Assembly: GCA_964016885.1 (NCBI GenBank)
Contig: OZ024751.1
Coordinates: 18,166,001-18,230,000, forward strand
From: Eledone cirrhosa
Taxonomy: Eukaryota
Length of the DNA: 64,000 nt
Direction of reading: 5' to 3'
In this document: in pieces, positions 1 to 13,321 of the stretch
Layout of the letters: each line of letters begins with the position of its first letter
How positions within the stretch are numbered: position 1 is the stretch's first letter
Made by a program: the position numbers and the translations under genes
The notes under the pieces: generated by a model
What the model was told of the DNA's origin: nothing
Databases searched by the model: none
Seen by the model: the letters and a program-made list of their open reading frames with translations, nothing else

Positions 1-69
1 GATAGATAGATAGATATAGATAGGTTGATAAATAAATATAATACATACACACACACATATATATATATT

Positions 70-134
<65 letters not shown>

Positions 135-141
135 ATGTATA

Positions 142-192
142 CTCTTTTACCTGTTCCAGCCATCCGGCTGAGGCCATGCTGGGGCACCGCCC
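142..192 (-). mobile_element. 3' fragment of SINE family B
   Basis: Reverse complement (ggcggtgccccagcatggcc...ggaacaggtaaaagag) matches 17211-17265 and, more loosely, 3620-3675 and the reverse complement of 26470-26520. Confidence 0.6.
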
Positions 193-707
193 TATAATAC
201 ATATATCAATAGATAGATAGAAAGATAGATAAATACACATATGTGTATTTATATAAATTCATATTTATATATTTGTACACATATATATGAATGTGCGTGT
301 GTGTGTTTGTATATATATATGTGTGTGTGTGTGTGTCTGTATTTGCATACTGTTAAGTATAGTTGCCGTAGATCGGTGCCGTAGCACGATTGGCCGTTAG
401 TGTGCCCTCGGCGTTGTTTACAAGGATGATATCTGGCTGATAAGCGTTATATTAAGGCAGGCGCCAGTAGGCCGTTGCTCATGTTAACAGGCGTGTGTTA
501 GTCGGGTGTCATATGGGTATGAATCTAATTTGTTCAGCCAGGTTTGTCGCATACGTTCACAGATAAGGGTGTTTGGGAAGTAAAGGGTGTTCGTTGTTGT
601 TAGCCATGTTATCACAGAGATGTATGTTTGGTTAGTGTCGAATCTTGATATAGTGGCTTGGTGAGTTGGTGTCGGGGTGTTTTTTTAGACCGTCGGTACA
701 CAGATAT

Positions 708-755
708 CACACGGGTGTCACACGGGTGTCACACGGGTGTCACACGGGTGTCACA
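708..755. repeat. 11-bp tandem repeat (tcacacgggtg) x ~4.4
   Basis: Direct reading. Confidence 0.9.
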
Positions 756-942
756 TTGACTGGTTGTTTAACCCTAGGACAAACTCGATCGAGTAGACGT
801 CTGTATAAAGACGCTCCATAAATGTGATCATCCAATCATTTTAAGGGCAAGATTGCGTCCATGGGTCCCTTTTTTTTAAAGATGGTAAGGTGTGATTTGA
901 AGAAGATTCACTTAGTATACCTCTCCACACACTCTCTCTCTA

Positions 943-973
<31 letters not shown>

Positions 974-982
974 TTCTCTCTC

Positions 983-1019
<37 letters not shown>

Positions 1020-1027
1020 TATATATA

Positions 1028-1107
1028 CAGGGTGTTCCCCAAGAAAATGTATACACACATTTATTAGTATTCTGTTGAAGTGCGTATACATTTTTGGGGA
1101 CACCCTG
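1028..1107. mobile_element. 80-bp Tc1/mariner-type MITE
   Basis: TA|CAGGGTGTTCCCCAAGAAAATGTATAC...GTATACATTTTTGGGGACACCCTG|TA: imperfect ~30-bp TIRs beginning CAGGGTG, flanked by TA. Confidence 0.8.
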
Positions 1108-1667
1108 TATATATGCATACCCGCACACACTCACATATACATACATAGATACATATATAAGTGGAAATATACATACAAATATACTTACAAATATAAATGT
1201 GTGTCTGCCTGCTTGTGTGCGTGTGTGAGCACACCTTGTTTTTAGTGTCAATTAATCTGTCTTGTACAAACAAGATTCTAATAAATGTGTGAAAAACAAC
1301 AACCCCAACAATAAACAAAAAACAGAAAATAAACTTATAAACAAAACACAGGTTAACGCCCTGGTCTGATATCGATCATTAAAAGCATATGAAGAGGGGA
1401 TTGGATTGCTTTGGTAAATATGGAAATCATAGGCTGAGAATTATCGATTGAAGTGTCATCAATGTTAATAAATGTAATATCAGTAACCGAATATCTTCAA
1501 CAGAGATCCCTAAACCTTTCAGAACATCGAATCGACCTCATCACGGAATCCTTCGATCCTCATCAATCACAGTCATATTAACAGAATATAGAATATATAG
1601 AAGAATTATATATAAATCGGAAACCTTTATAAGCATATTGGATTTTATTGTATTATATTGATTATAT

Positions 1668-1781
1668 TTCAAATCCCGCCGAGGTTAACTTTGCCTTTTA
1701 TCCTTACGGGGTCGACAAAATAAAGTACCAGTAATACACTGGGTAATTGCTGGCCTTGTGCCAAAAGTAGAAACAATTATT
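1668..1781 (+). mobile_element. tRNA-derived SINE family A, 5'-truncated
   Basis: B-box remnant ttcaaatccc, core tttgccttt..tccttacggggtcga.aaaataaagtaccag, 3' ctggccttgtgccaaaagtagaaacaattatt. Confidence 0.85.
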
Positions 1782-1902
1782 AGTATTGCTGTTGTTGTTG
1801 CTGTGATTAATATTATTATGACAATTACAAAAAGAAAATGTAATTAATATGCTTCCTAATATAAATGTCGAGACGGAAACTGCAAAAACTCGTATGTATG
1901 TA

Positions 1903-1986
<84 letters not shown>

Positions 1987-2246
1987 GATGTATGTATATA
2001 TATAGATGTATGTATATATGTATGTATATGTATATATGTATGTATATGTATATATGTATGTATATATATAGATGCATGTGTATATATATAGATGCATGTG
2101 TATATATGTATGTATATATATAGATGCATGTATATATATGTATGTATATATGTGTATGGATATATGTATGTATATATATAAATGTATGTATATATGTGTA
2201 TGGATATATGTATGTATATATATAAATGTATGTATATATGTGTATG

Positions 2247-2297
<51 letters not shown>

Positions 2298-2406
2298 GAA
2301 TGTATATATATGAATGTATATATATAGATGTATATATATATAGATGTATGTATATATAGATGTATGTATTTATTTATTATTATTTTTTTTTTTTTTCTTT
2401 CTCCTC

Positions 2407-2446
2407 GTGCAATGGCCATACTCGATAACGAGGGGGCAGCCATCAT
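2407..2446 (+). mobile_element. 40-bp 3'-terminal fragment of non-coding retroelement family C
   Basis: gtgcaatggccatactcgataacgagggggcagccatcat recurs at 16950-16989 (-) and as the end of 58133-58486; each abuts a TA-type microsatellite. Confidence 0.65.
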
Positions 2447-2724
2447 GTATGTATATATATATATAGATGTATGTATGTATGTATATATATATATAGATGT
2501 ATGTATGTATGTATATATATATATAGATGTATGTATGTATGTATATATATATATAGATGTATGTATGTATGTATATATATATATAGATGTATGTATGTAT
2601 GTATATATATATATAGATGTATGTATGTATGTATGTATATATATAGATGTATGTATGTATGTATGTATATATATAGATGTATGTATGTATGTATGTATAT
2701 ATATAGATGTATGTATGTATATAC

Positions 2725-2876
2725 TGTGTACTCTGGTGCACAGTACTTGAGGCAGTAGAGTGGGTAATAGGAAAAGAGTCAGAACCCCAATGGCTGAGCT
2801 CCCGTCGTTTCGACAACTAGATGATACAAAGAGGGTGTATCGTCTGGTAAGATACCAGATGATACACCCTCTTTGT
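2725..2876 (-). mobile_element. Degenerate H3-family element plus 24-bp-arm hairpin (2826-2876)
   Basis: Shares gtagagtgggtaataggaa...ggctgagctc...gtttcgac with 13126-13283 and 28758-28960. Confidence 0.6.
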
Positions 2877-2899
2877 TATATATATATATATAGATATAT

Positions 2900-3013
2900 A
2901 ATTGTTTCTACTTTTGGCACAAGGCCAGCAATTATCCCAGTGTATTACTGGTACTTTTATTTTATCGACCCCGTAAGGATGAAAGGCAAAGTTAACCTCG
3001 GCGAGATTTGAAC
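2900..3013 (-). mobile_element. SINE family A, 5'-truncated
   Basis: Reverse complement of family A 3' half up to the B box. Confidence 0.85.
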
Positions 3014-3384
3014 ACGGACTCCGAGCTTTTGCGGATATGATCGCGTTATTCAACAACATATCAGTCCATCCATATATTTGTGTTAACAGCTGATGATGTC
3101 CCACTGGTGCTGCTCGCTGTTGTATTAATTGCACTATATTCCCATGTGTCAAAGATATTGATTGTACTATAACTATTGTCAAAGATATACGTATAATTAT
3201 TAAATATGATTATGTATCTTCTATATTAGCGTTTATTTTATACATGATTACTCCGTTACGTTTGATCACCAGCTATGAGGTGAATAGACGTGACTGACAA
3301 GTAGGGCTCTTACCTACTTAAACCCGTTTATCAACAGGAAGTCATTACGCAACACTTACGTATAAAACACACAAACTAGCAACG

Positions 3385-3468
3385 ATTGGGTCGTCAAGAA
3401 TGAAATTTGTAGTGAGGCATATGATCATATGTTTTTTATTCTACAAAATTCGTACCTGACGACCCAAT
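3385..3468. repeat. Imperfect inverted repeat, MITE-like
   Basis: attgggtcgtcaagaatgaaatttgtag / ctacaaaattcgtacctgacgacccaat with internal palindrome catatgatcatatg. Confidence 0.55.
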
Positions 3469-3689
3469 ATATGCATGTGTGTGAGTATGTGTATCTCCAT
3501 CTCTGTGTTTCTGTGTGTGTTTTTGTCTCATAACCTAGCTGTTTAACAAAAAGAGATCGATAAAATAAATACTAGGCTTTAATAAGTATTCGATTTAGTC
3601 GAGTGTATCGACTAAAACTCTTCAAGATGAAGACCTAGCATTGCCGCAGTGTAATAACTGAAACTTGTAAAAAAAAAAACATATATATA

Positions 3690-4221
3690 TACGATATTAA
3701 CAAATGGAATCTATATTTATAAAACCATATTTATTTCATTATACATATTTCAAGGATACCAAGTTAAATTATGGTGTGCTTTCATCAGATAAAATATAAT
3801 ATAGATCAGTTTTATAAATAAATATTGACATACCCTTAAAGAATGCAACCATTGCTGTTGGAAGCTCCCGGATAGTGGAGTTGTAGCTTTAATTATATTA
3901 TTAGTATTATTTAATTAAATACTAATAATATAATTAAAGCTACAACTCCACTATCCGGGAGCTTCCAACAGCAATGGTTGCATTCTTTAAGGGTATGTAA
4001 ATATTTATTTATAAAACTGATCTATATTATATTTTATCTGATGAAAGCACACCATAATTTAACTTGGTATCCTTGAAATATGTATAATGAAATAAATATG
4101 GTTTTATAAATATAGTTTCCATTTATTAATATCGTATTTTTACTCCAAATATTTGTTGAGTGCTTTATATTAGTTATAAAAATATTTGCTTGTTGTATCC
4201 CAACAATTTAAATAGAAATTT

Positions 4222-4222
<1 letters not shown>
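3690..4222 (+). mobile_element. H1 palindromic hammerhead-bearing element (Penelope-like pseudo-LTR remnant)
   Basis: Near-perfect 219-bp arms 3690-3908 / 3918-4136, 9-nt spacer, ~85-bp unpaired tail, TA repeats on both sides. Confidence 0.8.
4030..4094 (+). ncRNA. Minimal type I hammerhead ribozyme (H1); mirror copy 3732-3796 on -
   Basis: Stem I UAUUUUAU/AUGAAAUA, CUGAUGA 4038-4044, imperfect stem II, GAAA 4075-4078, stem III AU-(AUGU)-AU, AUA cleavage after 4086. Confidence 0.7.
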
Positions 4223-4261
<39 letters not shown>

Positions 4262-5719
4262 TAAATTAATAAAATAAAACAAAAATTTGATAGACCAAAG
4301 TAAGTTTTGTTGCTTTTTTCTTTCCCCACGTCTAATTTTCCATCAACCCTATAACAAACACTGGTATAGGTTTATATATTTAATTGAAGAAATACTAATT
4401 TTCAAGTTTGTAATGTGGCGAGAGAGAGAAAGTTTTCGCGGATCCTTCAGAAGGAATATCGTGTTTACAATGGGGAGAGAGGGCTTGAATTTGATTTTAT
4501 CAACCTCACAACTTGAAACAGATCTTCTAAACTACAAAGACATGTCTGTAAAGAAATCGGTAAGATCTAAACTCGATCAGGAGACCAAAATCCTAGCCAA
4601 ATAGTCGTTGAATGGGGTGGGAGTTAGAGGACGAAAAGCAATATCCCTCAAAATTCTTTCGATACAAAATTTTTTACGTATTATGAATTCTTTTAATTAA
4701 AATTCTATTTTATTTATTTAATTATTTATTTATTTACTTTAAAATAACATATAGTTCCATTTTTAAAATTGACAAAAATCAAAAATAAAAAATCAAAGAA
4801 CAACAACAGCAACGACAACAGCCACAACAACAACAATAGGTAGGAAAACAAGCAAAAAAATTTCCCGAACACATCACCATTTTTTTTTTACCATTTCCAA
4901 TTTTAGATTGTAGTCGCTCTGTGTATTTCTTGTAATGCATTTAATTTTAAACCAGAGTTGCTGCTATCATTGCATTTCCTCCATTACAATAACTCCCCAC
5001 ATCGATAATAAATAGGCTTACTTCTATCTATCGATCTATTTATCTATCTATTTGTTTGTCTGACTATCTCTCTGCCTCTTGCTGTCTCTCTTTATGTATA
5101 TATGTATATTTATATATATGTATATACTTATATATGTATATTTGAGTATTAATATGTATATATATGTGTATGTATATGTGCGTATATATGTATATATGTG
5201 TGTATGTATATATATGTGTGTGTGTATGTATATATGTGTGTGTATGTGTGTATGTGTGTGTGTGTGTGTATGTATATATGGGTGTATATGTGTGTGTGTA
5301 TGTATGTATATATATATGTATATATATATATGTATGTATATATATATACGTGTATGTGTGTATATATGTGTGTATGTGTGTGTATATATATGTGTATGTG
5401 TGTGTATATATATGTGTATGTATGTATGTATATATATATATATATGTGTGTATGTATTTATGTATATATATGTGTATGTATGTATATATATATATATATG
5501 TGTGTATGTATTTATGTATATATATATGTGTGTATGTATGTATGTATATATATGTGTGTATATGTATATATATGTGTGTGTATATGTATATATATATGTA
5601 TATATATGTGTGTGTATATGTATATATATATGTATGTATATATATGTTTGTATGTATACAGAGACAGACATATAGATAGTAGATAGATAGAAAATGATAT
5701 ATGGAAGTATGAACAAATG

Positions 5720-5753
<34 letters not shown>

Positions 5754-6011
5754 CACATATATACAGTATATATATATATATACACACACACTCATACACT
5801 TACACACACATATATATATATATGCCATTGTTTGTTTAGTAACCCAACATATCTATTAATATATAACGATAGGCAGTTCTTCTTAGGTGGTCGCATTTAA
5901 ATTTTTTAAAGTTCAGTTTCAGTTACTTACATTTAGATTTTAAAAATATTTTATTTATATTTTATTCATACGTGCGTTTTATATTTTAATATTTTAAAGC
6001 TTTTTAATTAC

Positions 6012-6740
<729 letters not shown>

Positions 6741-7696
6741 ATCATAAACACACAGCACAGTCACTCACATTTATATATTTATATAATCTTTTTTTTATAT
6801 ATTACATTTGAATAAAATTTATATTTCTTATATTGTGTAAGTACATCCACACACACATACACATCCACACACACATAAATACACATTCATACATACATAC
6901 ATTTAAACATTACATTTCAATTTTAAATTTAAATTCTATACATTTCCATGTATATATATAATAATTGTTGGGTTTTTTTTATCTATATCTCTATATATGA
7001 TTTTTGCTTTTATTTTAAAAGGTTTTTTTTTTGTTTAGTATTATATATGTATTTTGTATTACTTTTTTTAATTATACGTGCCTGTGTGTGTTTTGGTGTG
7101 TCTCTGTGTGTGTGTTGGTGTGTGTTTGTGTGTCTGTGTGTGTGCTGGTGTGTCTGTGTGTGTTGGTGTGTGTGTGTTTTGGTGTGTGTCTGTGTATGTT
7201 GGTGTGTCTATATGTGTATTGGTGTGTCTGTATGTGTATTGGTGTGTCTGTATATGTGTGTATTGGTGTGTCTGTATATGTGTGTATTGGTGTGTCTGTA
7301 TATGTGTGTATTGGTGTGTCTGTATATGTGTGTTTTGGTGTGTTTATATGTGTGTGTTTGTGTAAGTGTGTATGTTGGTGTGTCTGTGTGTCGGTGTGTG
7401 TTTTGGTGTGTATTTGTGTGTCTGTATGTGTGTGTTTGTGTGTGTCTGCTTATGTGTGTGTTTGTGTGTCTGTATATGTGTGTGTGTGTGTGTTGGTGTG
7501 TCTGTATATGTGTGTGTCTGTATATGTGTGCGTTTGTGTGTGTCTATGAATGGGTGTTTGTTTGTTCACATGTTTTACATATATTTTTGTAGAATTATGG
7601 ATATCTTAGATCAGTATTATAAAAAAAATTAAAAGCGACCCTTTAAATAGATCTATATATGTATATATATATGTGTGTGTGTATGTGTGCATATGT

Positions 7697-7731
<35 letters not shown>

Positions 7732-8909
7732 TGGAGTGTGCATGCCCGTATATACACATATATAGAAAAGATGTGCGTCTTATGTTACAGCGACAAACTC
7801 TTATACGTTTTGTATATTTATATATTTTTCCATCGTGGAAAAAATGTCTATGAATTTAATAGAAAGGAATCTGCTCGATGTTATTATTGAGTGTTGCCAG
7901 TGTGTAGAAAACAATGTGTGTATAATGAATGTATAATGTCTATATAAATGTAGAATCTAGGATTTTAGCTCGAGTTCTCTTTTTCTGTTCCAGTTTCCTC
8001 GCGATCTAACTCCCACAGACCCCCACCTCCCCCACCCCTATATATATTTCTTTCTTTTTCTTTCTTTCTTTCTTTCTTTTTCTTTCTTTCTTTCTTTCTT
8101 TCCTCCTCTCTCTTTCTCCCCATTTTCTCTCTCCTTCTCTCTTTCCCCTCTTACTCCCCATTTTCATTCTCCTTCTCTCTTTCCCCCCTCTCTCTTTCTC
8201 CCCATTTCCTCTCTTCTCTCTTTCCCCCTCTCTCTTTCTCCCCATTTCGTCTCTCCTTCTCTCTTTTCCCCTCTCTCTTTCTCCCCATTTCCTCTCCCCT
8301 TCTCTCTTTCTCCCTCTCTCTTTCTCCCCATTTCCTCTCTCCTTCTCTCTTTCCCCCTCTCTCTTTCTCTCCTTCTCACTCCCTATTTCTTTCATTCACA
8401 CAACATTTTCCTATATCTGTGTTTCTATAATCACGTACATATATACATAGAGATACACACTCACACACATATACATAGAAATATGCGCATACGCACACAA
8501 ATGCCTTACACCTAAGCATACACACACAAACACACAAGCACCACAAACACATACATAAACAACATATATTTGCACAAACACACATATATACAGACATGAA
8601 CCCAAGACACTTCCAAACATACACACACACATATACCTACACATACACATACACATACACTCACACATACACACTCACACACACATCAACACACATACAC
8701 CGCACACCCATACACATACAAAGACACACTCACAAAAAGACACCACACACATACACATACAAAGACACACTCACACAAAGACACACACACACAGATACAC
8801 CACACACATACAAAGACACACACACCCATCACACACACACACAAACACCACACTCATACAAAGAAACACACACTCACACATCACACAAACGTACACCACA
8901 CACGTACAC

Positions 8910-8957
<48 letters not shown>

Positions 8958-9516
8958 GATATATAAGGTTGAAAAAGATAGATGTTTATTTATCCCACTC
9001 AATGATGCGAAAGAAGGTCAAAATCTATCTCTTGATCTTTTCTAATGAAAGATATCTCTAAACCAATGTATGATAAACGGCATATTTATTACAGATGCTG
9101 GAACATTGGGAGCTGTTGTGACAATCATGCCTTTCATCAAGGTACTGCTGCAGGCCGTGAATCAAATTTAATCACATGACAACCAGCAATCAAACATGGG
9201 TCATAGAACAGATTATGCTAGGGGATAGTGAAGGTGGGGTTGCTTACCATTACCATCTAATGTTAAACTACTTTGAGTATTACACGAACAAGTTAGCAGA
9301 AACAGACACGTACACCTACACATACATACCATCACACCCTCACACATACACAAGCGACTCAACTGAAACTTCAAAATCTTTGCCAATTTTCTACATCGAA
9401 AGTAAAACTCTACATCTTGCCGACAACAAAAATTGCACAGGGGCATACAATGCACAAATTCGTGCGTGGAAGCCATTAACTTCATATTAAGAATTCGTAC
9501 GTCGCTCAACGTTTCT

Positions 9517-9561
<45 letters not shown>

Positions 9562-9563
9562 TT

Positions 9564-9779
9564 ATTTATTAAAATAACAGATTAAAGTTTAAGCAAAGAA
9601 TCGCTGCGTTCACCCTTAACGCGAAAGATCCCGTTAAGGGTGAAAGCAGCGATTCTTTGCTTAAATTTTAATCTGTTATTTTAATAAATATTTGCTCTAC
9701 GGTTCTTATATATTTGATATATATTTATCCTTATCGAACCCTCTTTGGATTTTAGTCTTCAAATTTATTATTATTACTA
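9564..9779 (+). mobile_element. H4 palindromic element with tail
   Basis: ~60-bp inverted arms around 9621-9630 plus ~90-bp tail; homologous to 10673-10790, 17915-18070 and 34163-34380. Confidence 0.7.
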
Positions 9780-9800
9780 ATATATATATATATATATATA

Positions 9801-10218
9801 TATAAGAACAAAAGATGATTAAAGGAGTTCCATGTATTTTATTATGCGCATTTCAAAAACAAATATCATCATGCAATAATATTTGTGTTTTCATCAGATA
9901 AAACAGGAGGACATGATATTAAGGCTAAAAACACTTGTGGATAGTTCAGTTTTAAATCAACATATTGATTTAAAACTGAACTATCCACAAGTGTTTTTTA
10001 GCCTTCATATCATGTCCTCCTGTTTTATCTGATGAAAACACAGATATTATTGCATGATGATATTTGTTTTTGAAATGCGCATAATAAAATACATGGAACT
10101 CCTTTAACCATCTTTTGTTCTTATATATTATGTATACTCCAGTCCTACAAACTGTAGAGTGCTTCTTATCCGATATCTGCATTGCTTTATTGTACTACAA
10201 TAAAACTCATCTCCTACA
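9801..10218 (+). mobile_element. H2 palindromic hammerhead-bearing element
   Basis: ~160-bp arms meeting at aatcaa-cata-ttgatt, tail ending ctcctaca; TA flanks; near-identical to 15001-15425. Confidence 0.85.
10023..10090 (+). ncRNA. Minimal type I hammerhead ribozyme (H2); mirror copy ~9835-9903 on -
   Basis: UUUUAU-CUGAUGA(10029-35)-long stem II-GAAA(10072-75)-UGCGCA-UA^AUAAAA. Confidence 0.75.
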
Positions 10219-10235
10219 TTATATATATATATATA

Positions 10236-10433
10236 TAGGGACGAGTAGGACTCCGACGGCTGAGCTCAAGCCGTTTCGACGGCTAATTCTGGACTAAGAA
10301 TTAGCCGTCAAAACGGCTTGAGCTCATCCGTCGGGGCCCTACTCGTTCCTATTACCCACTCTACTACCTACCCTAAGTATTGAGTACGTTGGTGCGTTAT
10401 GGTCCATCTGGTTCCGTACCACATTTCCTTCGT

Positions 10434-10434
<1 letters not shown>
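10236..10434 (+). mobile_element. H3 palindromic element with hammerhead 3' half
   Basis: Inverted arms around ggacta plus ~80-bp tail; essentially the reverse complement of 28758-28960. Confidence 0.75.
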
Positions 10435-10470
<36 letters not shown>

Positions 10471-10476
<6 letters not shown>

Positions 10477-10656
10477 GGATTCAGTTAGAAACTGGTTAGA
10501 CCGTTACTCACCAGAGTACTCGATACTTGGTGTAGTAGAATATGCTCATATAACAAAGGGACGAGACCCCTTACGACTGAGATCTTACCATTTCAACAAC
10601 TACTGGAACTAGCTGTTGAAACGGCAGGAACTCAGCCGTCGGTATCCCGACTCTTT
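10471..10656 (-). mobile_element. Diverged H3-like element
   Basis: caccagagtactc.atactt.g.gtagtaga tail and gaaacggc...ctcagccgtcgg arm. Confidence 0.55.
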
Positions 10657-10672
10657 ATAATATATATATATT

Positions 10673-10790
10673 CATTATAAGAACAGACTAAAGTTTACGC
10701 CAAGAATCGCTGCTTTCACCCTTACGGGTGCTTATCGAGGCCTCTTCGGATTTTAGTCTTCACATTTATTATTATTATTACTATTACTAT
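10673..10790. mobile_element. Internally deleted H4 element
   Basis: H4 arm (aagaatcgctgctttcaccctta) joined directly to the H4 tail end (ggattttagtcttca.atttattattattacta). Confidence 0.6.
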
Positions 10791-10798
10791 TTGGTATT

Positions 10799-10989
10799 TG
10801 GATTTGCAGTATCGGTGGAGGGTCGGACGCCATGCTTTGATGCATAGTTACGGCCCTTGCCATTCTGAGTTCAAATCCCACCGAGGTTAACTTTGCCTTT
10901 CATCCTTACGGGGTCGATAAAATAAAGTACCAGTAATGTACTGGGTATTTGCTGGCCTTGTGCCAAAAGTAGAAACAATTATTATTATT
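10799..10989 (+). mobile_element. SINE family A, near full length (short variant)
   Basis: A-box-like tgcagtatcggtggag, B box gagttcaaatccc, core, (ATT)n tail. Confidence 0.9.
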
Positions 10990-11195
10990 TTTACTATATA
11001 TATATATATACATATATATATAGTAAATACATATATATCTATATATATATATATATATATCAGGGAGAGAGAAAGTAAGAAAGAAAGGGAGACAAATAGT
11101 CAAGAAGAGTTATCTCAGGGTAAACAAATAGTGAAGCATTTATAGTCTATCAAATAATACATGTATACATATATATATGTGTGCGTGTATGTGTG

Positions 11196-11236
<41 letters not shown>

Positions 11237-11760
11237 GTGTGTGTGTGTATGTGTGTGTGTGTATGTGTGTGTGTGTATATATGTGTGTGTGTGTATGTAT
11301 GTATGTGTGCGTGCGTGTATCTAATCTTCAAATAATCCTCGAACACCCCCTAAAGTTACTGTCACCAGTCAGCACCAAGTTGCAGAACAAGATTGAATTA
11401 AACAAAAAATAACAACAAAAAGATTGAAAAAAAAAGTTCACTGAAAAGAAACTCATAGATGGCGCCACTATACCAACAATGCCAACAACGTAGAGATGTG
11501 AGTCGAGTTTCATAGTGAAGTGAATTAGATATGGTAGCCTAATATAACGTGTGAGGTGGGAAATGATAGACTGAGAAAGCTAGCTTCGTTGTTTATATAT
11601 AATATATATCAGTGACACTGCTATATCAACTTTACAACAAATTTTTACACCAATGAACAAAAACTGACTACATGTATAAGCATACATATAGGCACGTACA
11701 TTCGCGTACAAATACACATCTCCGTGTATACACACTGACTCACATTCTCTCTCACACCAC

Positions 11761-11812
<52 letters not shown>

Positions 11813-11834
11813 ATATATATATATATAAAGCAAA

Positions 11835-12078
11835 GGGATATTTAATTTGTTGGTAATTCAACAAATATATTTATAACAGATTCGAAGCACTCGACAGTAT
11901 TTTCTGGAGTCCAGACGGAACTTGAACCGTTAAGGTCTCATTCCTGGATATGTCACTATTTATAAAACAAACTTTGTATTTTATATGATGAGAGCGTACC
12001 AAACTTCTGATACCCTTGAAATATATATAATAGAATAAATGTGGTTTTATAAATATAGTTTCCATTTATTAATATAAT
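11835..12078. mobile_element. Rearranged, diverged H1 element (core mutated to ATGATGA)
   Basis: H1 tail on - strand joined to H1 body on + strand; TA flanks. Confidence 0.65.
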
Positions 12079-12079
12079 T

Positions 12080-12173
<94 letters not shown>

Positions 12174-12269
12174 TGTGAGAGAGAATATACATGGACACAT
12201 ATTACTGTGTTCGTATATAATATAATATATATATATATATATATATTTATTTATATATATATATATGCA

Positions 12270-12722
12270 GAGGTTATATTTAATTTGTTGGGATTCAACA
12301 CGCTTAAATATTTTTATAACTGATATAAAGCACTTAACAGATTAGTGGAGTAAATATACAATATATTAACAATTGGAAACTATATTTATAAAAGCATATT
12401 TATTTTAATATACATATTTCAATGGCCACCAAGGCAAATTATGGTGCGCTTTCATCGGATAAAATACAATACAGATTTGTTTTATAAATATATATTGACA
12501 TACCCTGAAAAAAGACAACCTTAACGGTTGTAGCTTCCTAGACAGCTCCAACCGTTAAGGTTGTATTTTTTCAGGGTATGTCAATAATTATTCATGAAAC
12601 AAATCTGTATTGTATTTTATCTGATGAAAGCGCACCATAATTTGGCTTGGTGCCCCTTGAAATATGTATAATAAAATAAATATGGTTTTATAAATATAGT
12701 TTCCATTTGTTAATATATTGTA
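12270..12722 (-). mobile_element. H1 palindromic element
   Basis: Long arm with tail on -, short arm on +, centre ~12540. Confidence 0.8.
12613..12678 (+). ncRNA. Minimal type I hammerhead ribozyme (H1)
   Basis: Perfect 8-bp stem I UAUUUUAU/AUAAAAUA, CUGAUGA 12621-27, stem II GCACCA/UGGUGC, GAAA 12659-62, AUA cleavage after 12670. Confidence 0.75.
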
Positions 12723-12744
12723 TATATATATATATGTATGTATA

Positions 12745-13041
12745 TATCTAAGTCTAAAGTCTGTCTTACGCCAGAAGGCTCATTTGGCCGGTGCTTATCC
12801 CAGTTTCATGGAGAGAAGCGACTGAGAATACAAGACTGCCCCCCCCCCCCACACCTCCCTGAACAAGGTGCCAGTCCGTCGCATTGTTAAACCTCCAGCT
12901 ATTGCTGGTACTCGTTTTCAGCTGAGTATACTGGAGCAACGTGCAATGACGTGTTATGCTCAAGAACACAACACGCAACCCTGGAATCTAACCCACGACA
13001 TTTTGATCGTAAGTCCAACAACACCTTTACACTAGGTCACG
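12745..13041 (-). mobile_element. CORE-type tRNA-derived SINE, full length
   Basis: Reverse complement: tRNA-like head, CORE-like tgtgttcttgagca..acac....gcacgttgctccagtatactcagctg, 3' gaaactgggataagcaccggcc, (agactt)-like tail. Confidence 0.7.
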
Positions 13042-13075
13042 TGATCCACGTATGTATGTGTATATATATATATAC

Positions 13076-13125
<50 letters not shown>

Positions 13126-13127
<2 letters not shown>

Positions 13128-13279
13128 CGAAGGAAGTGTGGTAAGAAACCAGATGGATATAACACACCAGAGTACTCAATACTTAGGGTAGTAGAGTGGG
13201 TAATAGGAAAATGTTTAACCCCGACGGCAGAGCTCAAGCCGTTTCAACGTCTATTTATGCCGTCCGGGTTAAACATTTT

Positions 13280-13283
<4 letters not shown>
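13126..13283 (-). mobile_element. H3 element with short inverted arm
   Basis: Tail aacgaaggaa...gggtaataggaa as in 28758; terminal inversion taggaaaatgtttaacc/ggttaaacattttccta. Confidence 0.7.

Positions 13284-13321
<38 letters not shown>

Noticed and set aside
350-700. GC-richer unique segment with a CCAAT-like motif, possible promoter
   Set aside because: No downstream gene evidence; cannot be distinguished from an old repeat
4287-4604. Non-repetitive 105-aa ORF
   Set aside because: Non-ATG start and no recognisable motif; length is within chance
9094-9140. Possible small exon (ttacag|ATGCTG...ATCAAG|gtactg)
   Set aside because: Weak donor, no recognisable peptide, no partner exons
10799-10885. 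tRNA genes at SINE heads
   Set aside because: A/B boxes continue into the SINE core; no cloverleaf or acceptor stem
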